A stretch of DNA of 64,000 nucleotides, taken from an uncultured Lentimicrobiaceae bacterium (GTDB lineage Bacteria; Bacteroidota; Bacteroidia; Bacteroidales; F082). Location: the NCBI GenBank assembly GCA_964400655.1, contig CAYNVN010000121.1, forward strand, positions 2,770 to 66,769, in the 5' to 3' direction. Made by a program: the position numbers and the translations under genes. Shown here one piece after another: positions 17,672 to 27,353 of the stretch. Every line of letters starts with the position of its first letter. Position 1 is the stretch's first letter. The notes under the pieces are model-generated. The model saw only the letters and a program-made list of their open reading frames with translations, had not been told where the DNA came from and ran no database searches.

Positions 17672-18385
17672 ATGAAAATCATTTTATCCACCTTAACAGT
17701 GTCAGTGATGATGATCCTGGTTTTATCAACATCCTGCAAAAAAGAAGATGAGAACAGCAATCCTGTTATCAGCGCAGTAACCGTTACTCCGGGCAGCGTG
17801 GCGGCAAACGGAACAGTAACCGTTGCAGTAACCGCCAGCGACCCTGACGGCGATGCCTTAACCTATACCTACACCGCCACCGGCGGAGCTATTCAGGGAA
17901 ACGGAGCCACTGCCACATGGACAGCACCGGCTCAGGCAGGCAGCTACTCGGTAACCGTAACCGTTAACGACGGCAAAGGAGGGTCGGCCAGCAGCAACGG
18001 AGCACTAAGCGTTACCGCTCCTGTTACGCAAATTACCGGTACCGCCAGTTTTCCTGCCGGCACCTCGGGCGACCTTTCCAATGCAAAGGTTAGTATTTAC
18101 ACCACACTTGATAACTGGAACAATAACTCACCGGTAAAATTCGGTACCGTTTCGGGTTCGGGAGCCAGTGTATCCTTTACTTTAACCAACATCAATCCGG
18201 GTAATTATTACCTTGATGTTTGGAAAGATATGGACAACAACGGAATTTGGTCAACCGGAGATTATGTTGGCTGGTATGGCTCGGGCGGGCTTGGAAGTCC
18301 TGCACTCACCGAAATCCAAATTACGGAAGGACAAACTTTTAGCTGTACAGTAGAAATGTATATCGCTAAAAAAAGCGGCAAGTAG
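17672..18385 (+). CDS. Lipoprotein with a PKD/Ig-like domain
   Basis: Lipobox LSTSCK, then ...VTASDPDGDALTYTYTATGG...ATWTAPAQAGSYSVTVTVNDGKGG.... Locally GC-rich. Confidence 0.6.
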   Translation: MKIILSTLTVSVMMILVLSTSCKKEDENSNPVISAVTVTPGSVAANGTVTVAVTASDPDGDALTYTYTATGGAIQGNGATATWTAPAQAGSYSVTVTVNDGKGGSASSNGALSVTAPVTQITGTASFPAGTSGDLSNAKVSIYTTLDNWNNNSPVKFGTVSGSGASVSFTLTNINPGNYYLDVWKDMDNNGIWSTGDYVGWYGSGGLGSPALTEIQITEGQTFSCTVEMYIAKKSGK

Positions 18386-18412
18386 TGATTCCCTGGTTTT
18401 TGAATGATAAAA

Positions 18413-18443
18413 AGCTGCCGGAGAAATCCGGTGGCTTTTTTTT
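18413..18443 (+). terminator. Rho-independent terminator (GNRA loop)
   Basis: 10-bp stem AGCTGCCGGA/TCCGGTGGCT (two G-U pairs in the plus-strand RNA), loop GAAA, followed by T7. Confidence 0.75.
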
Positions 18444-20907
18444 ATGAATTTTTTGTTTTCTCTCCATTCAAAAAAGCCCTTACAAAATGTAATTCCGACC
18501 ATGTAACCCTGTCGCCAAAAAATTCCTTTACCGCGCCCAGCCCCTCATCGGGATGCTCTTTCATATAATCGCTTATCAGGGTTACTTTTTCGGGGGCAAC
18601 CATTTTTTCGACGGGAAGTTTACCCGATTCAACATAAAAGGCAAGGTGCCGTTCGATGGTACCCTCGGTATAGCCCCTCTCTTCGGCAATTTTTTGTACC
18701 GACATTCCCTCCTGCCACATTTCAAAACTGATTTGTTTGGTGGGCTTTTTGGGAGTTATTTCAGGTTCGATGTAAGGTTCGGGCTGAAAATCATTTTCGT
18801 CGCAATAATCGGTTACAATCTCCAGCAGCTCACTACCGTAAAGTTCCAGTTTCTTTTTACCCATTCCTTTTACCGCTTTTAAAGCCGGAAGTGTAACCGG
18901 GAGCTTGTTGCTTATTTCGCGCATGGTTTTTAAGGGTAAAATCATGTAATAAGGCAGGCCCGTCTCTTCCACCCTGGCATCACGCCAATGTTTTAGCCGC
19001 ATATAAAGTTCGGGGTGTTCCAGGGTAGCGTCGGTTTTTGACACGGCCTTTTTCCCGGGCTTCGTTTTTACAGGCTCATCAATGGAAGCAAGTGCCTTTG
19101 CCTGTAAATAATCTTGTACCACAAATCCGTTTTCGCAGGCTTTCAAACAGGCAAACTTATATGCCGCGTCCTCCGACAATTTATTAAGCGCATCATAAAT
19201 GGATTTGCGCACGGCTTTATTGTCGGTTTCAATATCCGTTTCGTCAATTTTGTCAATAATTAACGTCTGCAACTTTTCCGAAAAATAGCCCGATGCCTTT
19301 TTAACACGCTCCTGCAGTTTTTCATTCTTTTCAACCTGCGGTTCCTCACTCAGCAGCGCCGTTAGTTGCCGGTTGAATTTTTCGGAAACAATCACCACCT
19401 CGTTTTTTAGTTTATCGCTCATGGATAAAAAAGGTGTTTTCAAATCAACCTGCAGCGATGCGGCATGTTCGTCAGCCAGTTTTAACAGATAAAATACTCT
19501 ACGGCGCAATGCTTCAAAATCAAACAAATCGGTTAAAAGCTGACGCTGAAAATCCTGCTTTGATTTTTCCAGTTCATTGCTGTCGGGCTGCTTCTCTTCA
19601 AAGTTTTTTGTAAATCGTTCAACGGTAGCATCGTGTTTGATGCTTGTGTTGGTAATCCGGCTGCTCAGTATCATACCTTCCAGCGATTTACAACGGCTGA
19701 GCGCCACATATACCTGACCGTGGGCAAAAGCGGCCTGAGCATCAATAACCGCTTTTTCAAAAGTAAGTCCCTGACTTTTATGAATGGTAATGGCCCATGC
19801 AGGTTTCAGGGGCAACTGGGTAAAGGTACCCTCAATATCTTCCTTAATCTCTTTGGTTTTATCGTTAATGGTATATTTCACTTTCTCCCATTCCAGCGGC
19901 GACACCTCAATAGGCTCATCATCGCCTTCGCAAAGCACCGTTACCCTGTTTTTCCCAATTTCGGTTATCACACCTATTTTACCATTATAAAACCGCTTAT
20001 CAGGGTCGGGATCGTTTTTAACAAACATAACCTGTGCGCCCTCTTTAAGTCGCAAATCAGGCTCGGTCGGGTAGATAAGTTCCGGGAAATTACCCTTTAT
20101 TACGGCTTTAAATTTTTTTTCTTTGCCTTTAAGTGCCAGCATCTTTTCATCGTTGATGGCCTTGGCTTTGGCATTGTGGGTGGTTAAAATAATGTACCCC
20201 GGCGTATCGAAATTAAAATCAGGCCTGTACCTTTTGTTTAACAGGGTTACCACCTCATCATCCATTTTATTGTCGCGAACCTTGTTAAGCAATTTGATAA
20301 AACTTTCATCTTTTTGGCGATAAACAAAAGTCAGTTCAACCGTTACATAATGTGTTTTTTTAAGGGCGTTACTGCTAAAAAAGAAAGGGGTGTCGTAATG
20401 ATTTCGCAACAGGCTCCACTCATCCTCCTTCACCACCGGAGCCAGTTGCTGCAAATCACCAATCATCAGCAGTTGCACACCGCCAAAGGGGCGGCTGTGG
20501 TCGCGAAATTTTCGTAATACTGCATCAATGCCGTCCAGCAAATCGGCCCGCACCATACTTATCTCATCAATCACCAGCAAATCCATGCTTTTGATGATGT
20601 TGATTTTGTTACGGTTAAACCGCTTAACCCCCTTACCGTTTTCGTCTTTCTGACGGGCATGCAGATATTCGGGAATTTGAGGGCCAAAGGATATTTGAAA
20701 AAAAGAATGAATGGTTACCCCGCCTGCATTGATGGCCGCCACTCCCGTGGGTGCCACTACCACCATCCGTTTTGAGGAATGCTTTTTTAAATAATGTAAA
20801 AAGGTGGTCTTCCCTGTTCCTGCTTTTCCGGTTAAAAAAACATTTCTTCCGGTAAACTGAACAAAGTCGTGAGCCAGCTGCAGTTGGGAATTGTTTTGAA
20901 AATTCAT
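18442..20907 (-). CDS. Pif1/RecD-like SF1 DNA helicase with C-terminal HRDC and HTH regions
   Basis: Walker A FLTGKAGTGKTT and Walker B LLVIDEISM. HRDC-like ...LKHWRDARVEETGLPYYMILPLKTMREI.... ATG chosen at 20907; the track's M at 20949 is a TTG. Confidence 0.85.
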   Translation of the reverse strand: MNFQNNSQLQLAHDFVQFTGRNVFLTGKAGTGKTTFLHYLKKHSSKRMVVVAPTGVAAINAGGVTIHSFFQISFGPQIPEYLHARQKDENGKGVKRFNRNKINIIKSMDLLVIDEISMVRADLLDGIDAVLRKFRDHSRPFGGVQLLMIGDLQQLAPVVKEDEWSLLRNHYDTPFFFSSNALKKTHYVTVELTFVYRQKDESFIKLLNKVRDNKMDDEVVTLLNKRYRPDFNFDTPGYIILTTHNAKAKAINDEKMLALKGKEKKFKAVIKGNFPELIYPTEPDLRLKEGAQVMFVKNDPDPDKRFYNGKIGVITEIGKNRVTVLCEGDDEPIEVSPLEWEKVKYTINDKTKEIKEDIEGTFTQLPLKPAWAITIHKSQGLTFEKAVIDAQAAFAHGQVYVALSRCKSLEGMILSSRITNTSIKHDATVERFTKNFEEKQPDSNELEKSKQDFQRQLLTDLFDFEALRRRVFYLLKLADEHAASLQVDLKTPFLSMSDKLKNEVVIVSEKFNRQLTALLSEEPQVEKNEKLQERVKKASGYFSEKLQTLIIDKIDETDIETDNKAVRKSIYDALNKLSEDAAYKFACLKACENGFVVQDYLQAKALASIDEPVKTKPGKKAVSKTDATLEHPELYMRLKHWRDARVEETGLPYYMILPLKTMREISNKLPVTLPALKAVKGMGKKKLELYGSELLEIVTDYCDENDFQPEPYIEPEITPKKPTKQISFEMWQEGMSVQKIAEERGYTEGTIERHLAFYVESGKLPVEKMVAPEKVTLISDYMKEHPDEGLGAVKEFFGDRVTWSELHFVRAFLNGEKTKNS

Positions 20908-20986
20908 TGACACAAAATGTAAAACACAAATATCCGAATTATTTAGCAATTAGACACTGTCCGTTTTGAAAATGAGCACACTAATC

Positions 20987-22486
20987 TTATTGTTTTTTTA
21001 CCGGCTTGTTCAATCGTTTTTTAATGATGGGCAGAAGGAACGAAACTGCCGCCAGCACCAAAATAATCAAACTCCAGGGGCGGGTAAAAAAATCGGAAAC
21101 ATCACCTTTTACCAGCGAAAGACGCAGGTTTTCTTCTATCATCCTGCCCAGTATCAATCCTAAAATTACGGGTGCCGTGGGAAATCCTCCTCTTTTCAGC
21201 ATCCAGCCCAGAAGGCCGAAAGCCAGACAGGTTCCCACATCAAAAAGAGAATTTTGAATAAAGTAACTGCCGATAAAAGAAAGGGCAATAATCAGCGGAT
21301 AGAGCAGCTTTTTAGGAGCTTCAATTATACGTACCCAAAGCCTGTTTCCCATCAATCCCAGCCCCATCATCACCAGATTGGCCAGAAACAAACTGATAAA
21401 CAGACCGTACACCAGCCCCGGTTCATTTTCAAACAGCTGAGGGCCGGGATTCAGTTTATGAACCATCAGGGCACCAATCAGCACGGCTGTTGAAGCGCTT
21501 CCCGGAATACCGAGGGTTAACAAAGGCACCAAAGCGCCCCCCACCGATCCGTTGTTGGCAGCTTCGGGAGCGGCAACCCCTTCCAGCGAACCTTTGCCAA
21601 ACCGTTTGGGATGTTTGCTGGTGCTTTTGGCATTGTTGTATGCAATAAAGGTGGCAATGGTTCCTCCTGCGCCGGGAATAACCCCAATAAGCGTACCCAC
21701 CACCGATGAACGGAGCATCAAACCTTTCAGCTTCCACAATTTTCTAAAGGGTAGTTTTTTATTTTTATGAATGGCTTTTTTTGCCGAAACCTCTTTTTTA
21801 AGCACCTTAAAATGCTCAATACTAAAAAATATTTCACCTAAGGCAAACAACCCGATCAGTGCCGGAATAAACTCTATTCCGTCGGCAAGTTGCGGAATAC
21901 CCATATTAAAACGCGAAAACGGCAACTGCGTATCAAAGCCAACGGTAACCAAAAGCAAACCCAGCAGCGATGCAATGTATCCCTTTACCGGATTGTCTCC
22001 TGCCAGCGACGAAATAATGGTCATACCGAAAACACCCAAAGCAAAATATTCGTATGATTCAAACGACAGAGCCAGTTGTGCCAACGGAATGGAAAACAGG
22101 ATAAGAATTACCGTTCCTACCAAACCGCCAACCGTGGAAGCCGTTAACGATGTAATTAAAGCATACATGGGTTTTCCCTGTTTGGTTAACTCATAGCCGT
22201 CGAAAGTGGTGGCAACCGCTCCGGGTGTTCCCGGTGTATTAATGGCGATGGCAGTGATGGAGCCTCCGTAATTGGCCGAAAGATAAACCGCCGTTAGCAG
22301 TACCAGCGCGCTCATGGGGTCCATTCCAAAGGTAGCCGGCAACATCAGGGCAACCCCTATTGAGGGGGAAAGCCCGGGCAAAACACCCACCATAATGCCC
22401 ACAACCACGCCAATCAAAATCATCAGCAACGGTGTAAGGTGCATTAACGACGAAAAACCCAGACTCAAATTATGTATAATATCCAT
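20987..22486 (-). CDS. tctA: Tripartite tricarboxylate transporter large permease TctA
   Basis: 499-aa polytopic protein. The N-terminal ...GVLPGLSPSIGVALMLPATFGMDP...YGGSITAIAINTPGTPGAVATTFDGY is typical of TctA/DUF112. Confidence 0.9.
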   Translation of the reverse strand: MDIIHNLSLGFSSLMHLTPLLMILIGVVVGIMVGVLPGLSPSIGVALMLPATFGMDPMSALVLLTAVYLSANYGGSITAIAINTPGTPGAVATTFDGYELTKQGKPMYALITSLTASTVGGLVGTVILILFSIPLAQLALSFESYEYFALGVFGMTIISSLAGDNPVKGYIASLLGLLLVTVGFDTQLPFSRFNMGIPQLADGIEFIPALIGLFALGEIFFSIEHFKVLKKEVSAKKAIHKNKKLPFRKLWKLKGLMLRSSVVGTLIGVIPGAGGTIATFIAYNNAKSTSKHPKRFGKGSLEGVAAPEAANNGSVGGALVPLLTLGIPGSASTAVLIGALMVHKLNPGPQLFENEPGLVYGLFISLFLANLVMMGLGLMGNRLWVRIIEAPKKLLYPLIIALSFIGSYFIQNSLFDVGTCLAFGLLGWMLKRGGFPTAPVILGLILGRMIEENLRLSLVKGDVSDFFTRPWSLIILVLAAVSFLLPIIKKRLNKPVKKQ

Positions 22487-22498
22487 ATCCGTTATTCT

Positions 22499-24004
22499 TT
22501 ACATAAACAGGCTCCCAAGCGGCAGGTCAATTTTTAACAACAGCTGAAACACCACAAACGAAAACACCACAAATCCAAAACCGTAAGCAATCATTACCGG
22601 CCATTTACGATATTTGAGAATATAAAATCCGGCCAGTAAAAAAAAGGGCGTTGATAAATAATATCCGGCATACGGAATGGCAATAAAATACAATACCAAC
22701 ACCAACAATATTTTGCCTGTAAGTTTTATCCTTCCGCTTTTAACCGGTTTGTATTTTCCTTTTAATTCGTTTACCAGATTCCATATTGCCGTAACAAACA
22801 ATAAAACCGACCATAACCTCGGAATAAGTGCCGGGCTGGTGATGTTCAACCCTTCGGGGATTTTAAAAAGAAAAGTTTGATAGAAAAAGAAAACCGAAAT
22901 CCACACAAACACTCCCGACAAAATCAGATTGTAGGTAAGCCGTTTTACTTTAAATCCGGTAATCAGCATCAAAACAAAAAAGATAAAAAGCGCAAAAATA
23001 ACGGCCATCATCAAAAGAGGAACCGGGCCTTTGTTAACATAACTGTTTAGCAAACCGGCTTTTTTCAAATAGGCAATGGTTTCGGCCGTTTCGTCATCAA
23101 TTCTTTTTGAAAAGGTTTTGGAATCGAGATAATCCGGAAAAGAATAAACCTCTCTGCAATAAGCAATCCACTCCTCATCCTGCGAAACCTTTTTCAATAC
23201 CTCCGACAAATAAGCTGTTGCTATTTCGGAGGTTCCTTTTTTAACGGCAAAGCCGCGCCACATGGATTCATTAATATCATATCCCGACTCTTTAAAAGTG
23301 GGCACATCCGGCAAACTTTCCAGCCGGTTTTCGGCGGCTATTGCCAATATTTTCAAATCATCTTTTCCCAAAATATCCGAAGGGTTTCCCACATAAACCG
23401 GTGCTTCGTTACGCAACATGGCCAACACCGACTGCGGCCCGCTTTTATAATCAACCCATTGCCCGTTTATACCGAGTATTTCCCAGCACTTTAAAGCCAT
23501 TAAATGGTCACGGCTTCCGGTTCCGGGGCCAATCCACACCTGTCTGCCTTCTTCCTTCGCCTTATCCACAACATCCTGTAACGATTTGTATCCGCTTGCC
23601 TTATTGGTAATAACCGCTTCGGGGTCCGATATCATATTGGAAAGAAAAAGAAAGTCGGAAATGGCCACATTGCTTTTGTTAACCACAAGGGTGCTTAAAA
23701 ACGACTTGGTAACGCCCAGCATGGTATAACCGTCGGCCTTTTTATCCATCACATATTGCATGGCCACAATACCCTGAGTACCCGGATGATTTTCGATAAC
23801 AAAAGGCTGCGGGCAATATTTACGTGCCAAACCGGCAACCTTACGCGACATAAGGTCGATGGAAGAACCGGGTTTGGAATGCACCACAATGGTTATGGGT
23901 TTGTTCGGGTAGGCTTTGCTGCTGTCGGCTCCTCCGTACAAATAAAAAAGAAGCCCGAGATAAATCAGAAATAAAAGGGTGGCAATAACTTTATATATTC
24001 TCAT
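22499..24004 (-). CDS. Fusion of a TctC (Bug-type) solute-binding domain and a TctB small membrane subunit
   Basis: N-terminal TM anchor. A roughly 300-aa Bug/TctC-like region follows (PITIVVHSKPGSSIDLMSRKVA...PGTQGIVAMQYV...). The C-terminal ~165 aa has four TM helices, as in TctB. ATG at 24004 preferred over the TTG at 24031. Confidence 0.7.
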   Translation of the reverse strand: MRIYKVIATLLFLIYLGLLFYLYGGADSSKAYPNKPITIVVHSKPGSSIDLMSRKVAGLARKYCPQPFVIENHPGTQGIVAMQYVMDKKADGYTMLGVTKSFLSTLVVNKSNVAISDFLFLSNMISDPEAVITNKASGYKSLQDVVDKAKEEGRQVWIGPGTGSRDHLMALKCWEILGINGQWVDYKSGPQSVLAMLRNEAPVYVGNPSDILGKDDLKILAIAAENRLESLPDVPTFKESGYDINESMWRGFAVKKGTSEIATAYLSEVLKKVSQDEEWIAYCREVYSFPDYLDSKTFSKRIDDETAETIAYLKKAGLLNSYVNKGPVPLLMMAVIFALFIFFVLMLITGFKVKRLTYNLILSGVFVWISVFFFYQTFLFKIPEGLNITSPALIPRLWSVLLFVTAIWNLVNELKGKYKPVKSGRIKLTGKILLVLVLYFIAIPYAGYYLSTPFFLLAGFYILKYRKWPVMIAYGFGFVVFSFVVFQLLLKIDLPLGSLFM

Positions 24005-24231
24005 GGAGCCTTTTGGTAAATAAGGATACAATAATAAATCATTTTTTTTATTTCCACACCCACCAATGTTTGAATTGCAATCAGGCTGACAAAATGATAA
24101 AAACTAAAGAAACGGAAACTTATGTAAAAGCAAAACCGTTTTTGATATACTGCTTTATAAAGTACGTTTTGAAACCAACGGTTTACACCGGAAAGGCTTG
24201 ATGATACAGGGGGCTTTAGTTCGCTAATATT

Positions 24232-26649
24232 TTATCGTTCATTTAATTGTTTGTCAGTTAAGATAAAAGAACCCGTTAGCCTTATATCCGTTGAAGAACT
24301 TCCGATGAGAATATTAAATTTACCCGGCTCCACAACAAAGTTCATATTTCTGTCGTACAAAGCAATATCTTCAGGGGTAATAACAAAATCAACTGTTTTC
24401 TCTTCGCCTGTTTTTAACGAAACCCTGTCAAATCCGCGCAACTGTTTTTCGTATTGTGTAACTGAGCTTACAGCATCGTTTACATACAGCTGAACCACTT
24501 CGCTACCATCATATTCTCCTGTATTTTTAACCTTAAAAGATACATTTATTGATGATGCTATTCCTCCTTTACCGGGTGTTATTTTTAAGTCTGAATATTC
24601 AAAAGTTGTATAACTTAAGCCGTAGCCAAAAGGATAAAGTTCTTTGAAAACACGTGAGCCTCCTCTCTTTTCCCTGTCCGCCTGCGAACCCGGTTTAAAT
24701 GGAAAGTTATAAGGTATTTGCCCCACTGTTTTGGGTGTAGTAACACTCATCTTTCCTCCGGGATTATATTTTCCGAAAAGTACATCTGCAATGGCGGTGC
24801 CGCCATACATTCCGGGGAACCATGCCTCAATAATAGCCGGTATATTTTTATTTGCCCAATTTATTGATAGTGGCCGTCCGTTTAATAATACAAGCACTAT
24901 TGGTTTACCTGTTTTTTTAAGCTCCATTAAAAATTTTCGTTGATTCCCAGGCAAATCCAAACTTGTACGCGAACATGACTCTCCAACTATTTTGCTGTTT
25001 TCACCTAAAAAAGCTATAATTAAATCCGACGCTTTTGCTTTGTTAACGGCTTCGTTCATAAGTTGTTGTTCCTTATCGCCTACGGCAACGGGATACAGCT
25101 CTTGTTCAGGCCAGGTATCGGGATTGTACAGCAGGCAACCTTTTGCGTATTGAACATCAGCTTTGTCGCCAACAAAAGCCTCAATACCTTCAAAGCCTGA
25201 AATCACATCAATATGATTTGGGCCGTAACGACTTTCCGAAGAGGCCTCCTCTTTTGCATTCGGGCCACATATTAAAATATTTTTATAATCTGAAATATTT
25301 AACGGTAACAGCTTGTTTTCATTTTTCAATAAAACAATGGCTTCACGCGATGCCTGAAGCGCCACTTTTTTACTCTTTTCGGTATTTACAATGTCATTTA
25401 CCGCCTTTTCGTCATGATACGGATTATCAAAAAGCCCTTCCCAAAACTTCACTCTTAAAACATCTCTGACTCTGTCGTCTATTATTTTGGTGGAAATGGA
25501 ACCTTCATTTATTAATTCACGTAAGGGCAACACAAAATTTTCGGGAATTTCAAAAGAGGTACGTACATTAAGCCCGGCCTGCACCGATTGACGAACAGCC
25601 TCTTTATATGTGGCAGCAGTATGGTGTTTTTCCGAAATAAACTTAACAGCCCACGAGTCGGAAACAACATATCCTTTAAAATGATACGTGTTTCGTAATA
25701 GTTTTGTAAGAAAATATTCACTTCCTGTAACCGGAACGCCATTATAATCGTTATAGGAACTCATTACTCCCAAAGCGCCGCCCTCCTGAATACCTCTGCG
25801 GAAAGGATATAGATATATACTGTGTGCTTCTCTGTTTGTAATATGAGGGTCGGTACGTACTTTCCCGTCTCTGCCACCTTTTGGAGCAGAGTAAATTGCA
25901 AAATGTTTTAAAGTGCTTGTTACCCTGTTTGCCTGTATCCCCTTAATTTGCTGTATGCCTAATTCTGCAACAAGAAAAGGGTCTTCCCCGTATGTTTCTA
26001 CAATTCTGCCCCAACGCTGGTCGCGCGAAACATCCATAATCGGCGAATAGACATTATTGTAACCTAATGCACGGGCTTCCGTGCCTGTTATTTTACCTAT
26101 CTCATTCACAAGTTTTTTATCCCAGGTACAGCCAACAGCAATTTGAGCCGGAAAACATGTTGCTTTTGTATGATTTAACCCTCTGATACCTTCGTTTGTA
26201 AATTCAACCGGAATGCCAAGTCTTGTCTCTTCAACAAAAAACTTTTGAACCTGATTTAAAGCCCAAACATGTTTTGAGTATGGATACATATAATCGGATT
26301 CAACCACACCGTTACAGTGTTCATCAATATTGGCAAGTCCGTCTTTCCATATTGCCGTTTTCCATTCGGGTGTTGGCAGCTGGTCTTTTGCAACCCGTTT
26401 GTAACCGTACAAAGTAACCATCTGCATTGTTTTCTCCTCAATACTCATTTGCGACAGCAAATCTTCAACACGTGCATCAATATCCTGACCGGGGTCTTCG
26501 TAAATATCTTTTTTACCATTTTTGTTGAAGTCAATCCATCCTTTGTGATAAATTGATGTTGAATTATTTTTCCGATTCTTTTGTGCTTCCAAAGTGTTAA
26601 TTTGAAACACTAAAAGTGTTATAAAAACTACAAACAGTTGTTGTCTCAT
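24232..26649 (-). CDS. Glycoside hydrolase family 3 (beta-glucosidase/BglX-like)
   Basis: Signal peptide, a GH3 catalytic region KGYVVSDSWAV, and a C-terminal FnIII-like domain. 805 aa. Confidence 0.9.
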   Translation of the reverse strand: MRQQLFVVFITLLVFQINTLEAQKNRKNNSTSIYHKGWIDFNKNGKKDIYEDPGQDIDARVEDLLSQMSIEEKTMQMVTLYGYKRVAKDQLPTPEWKTAIWKDGLANIDEHCNGVVESDYMYPYSKHVWALNQVQKFFVEETRLGIPVEFTNEGIRGLNHTKATCFPAQIAVGCTWDKKLVNEIGKITGTEARALGYNNVYSPIMDVSRDQRWGRIVETYGEDPFLVAELGIQQIKGIQANRVTSTLKHFAIYSAPKGGRDGKVRTDPHITNREAHSIYLYPFRRGIQEGGALGVMSSYNDYNGVPVTGSEYFLTKLLRNTYHFKGYVVSDSWAVKFISEKHHTAATYKEAVRQSVQAGLNVRTSFEIPENFVLPLRELINEGSISTKIIDDRVRDVLRVKFWEGLFDNPYHDEKAVNDIVNTEKSKKVALQASREAIVLLKNENKLLPLNISDYKNILICGPNAKEEASSESRYGPNHIDVISGFEGIEAFVGDKADVQYAKGCLLYNPDTWPEQELYPVAVGDKEQQLMNEAVNKAKASDLIIAFLGENSKIVGESCSRTSLDLPGNQRKFLMELKKTGKPIVLVLLNGRPLSINWANKNIPAIIEAWFPGMYGGTAIADVLFGKYNPGGKMSVTTPKTVGQIPYNFPFKPGSQADREKRGGSRVFKELYPFGYGLSYTTFEYSDLKITPGKGGIASSINVSFKVKNTGEYDGSEVVQLYVNDAVSSVTQYEKQLRGFDRVSLKTGEEKTVDFVITPEDIALYDRNMNFVVEPGKFNILIGSSSTDIRLTGSFILTDKQLNER

Positions 26650-27353
26650 TTCTAAATCAATATTTTATCTCAAAACAAAATCAAAACAGGTTATTTTATA
26701 TAATTCTTTTTGCTTTTGCGGCGGTGTAACCCCCCCCCTGTTTTAGGAAGGCACTAAATTAGACTTTTTTCGTGTTATAATCTTTCATCCATTCTTCATG
26801 CAATCGGATTACCTGACGGGGAAAATCAAACATATAAATATCTGACACACCAGGCAGAGAGAAAATGCTTTTCAAAAAAAAGCAAAGGCAAATTTACAAT
26901 AGTAAAAAGGCAGACTTTTGATTTACCCCGAAACCGCTATTTTGTTGAGCTTCCCTATACAATAGGATTTGAACGGTTTGAGCATTTGGTTGAAAGCATT
27001 AAAAACAACTGCAATATTAATATGTTCAATGCCGCCCCGGTAACCCTTGCCCGTTACGACAGGGTAATGAACTTTATTGCTGTCTGTTCAAAAGATTGCG
27101 ATGAATAAAAGCTTCCTGAATTTAAATACTATCCCGACAAACATATTTAGAGAGATTTCTAAATTAAATATCTCAAATTTTCAGGTTATATCCTTTATAA
27201 ATAGTGCTGTAAAAAACAGTACTACAACTTATTCTGCATGCATAATATTTTTAGGTATCGAATATATTTAAATATAATATAAATAACTGACATCTTTTAT
27301 TTTATAAGGCATGAGATATAATTTTGCCCTCATCAACATAAAAGATTTTTCAC

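Noticed and set aside
19633-20187. 184-aa ORF antisense to the helicase gene; similar cases at 45747-46244 (inside GH97), 21771-22196 (inside tctA) and 5596-5985 (inside the DUF5686-like gene)
   Set aside because: All are nested in strongly supported genes on the opposite strand. They lack signal, TM or catalytic motifs and plausible upstream promoter space.
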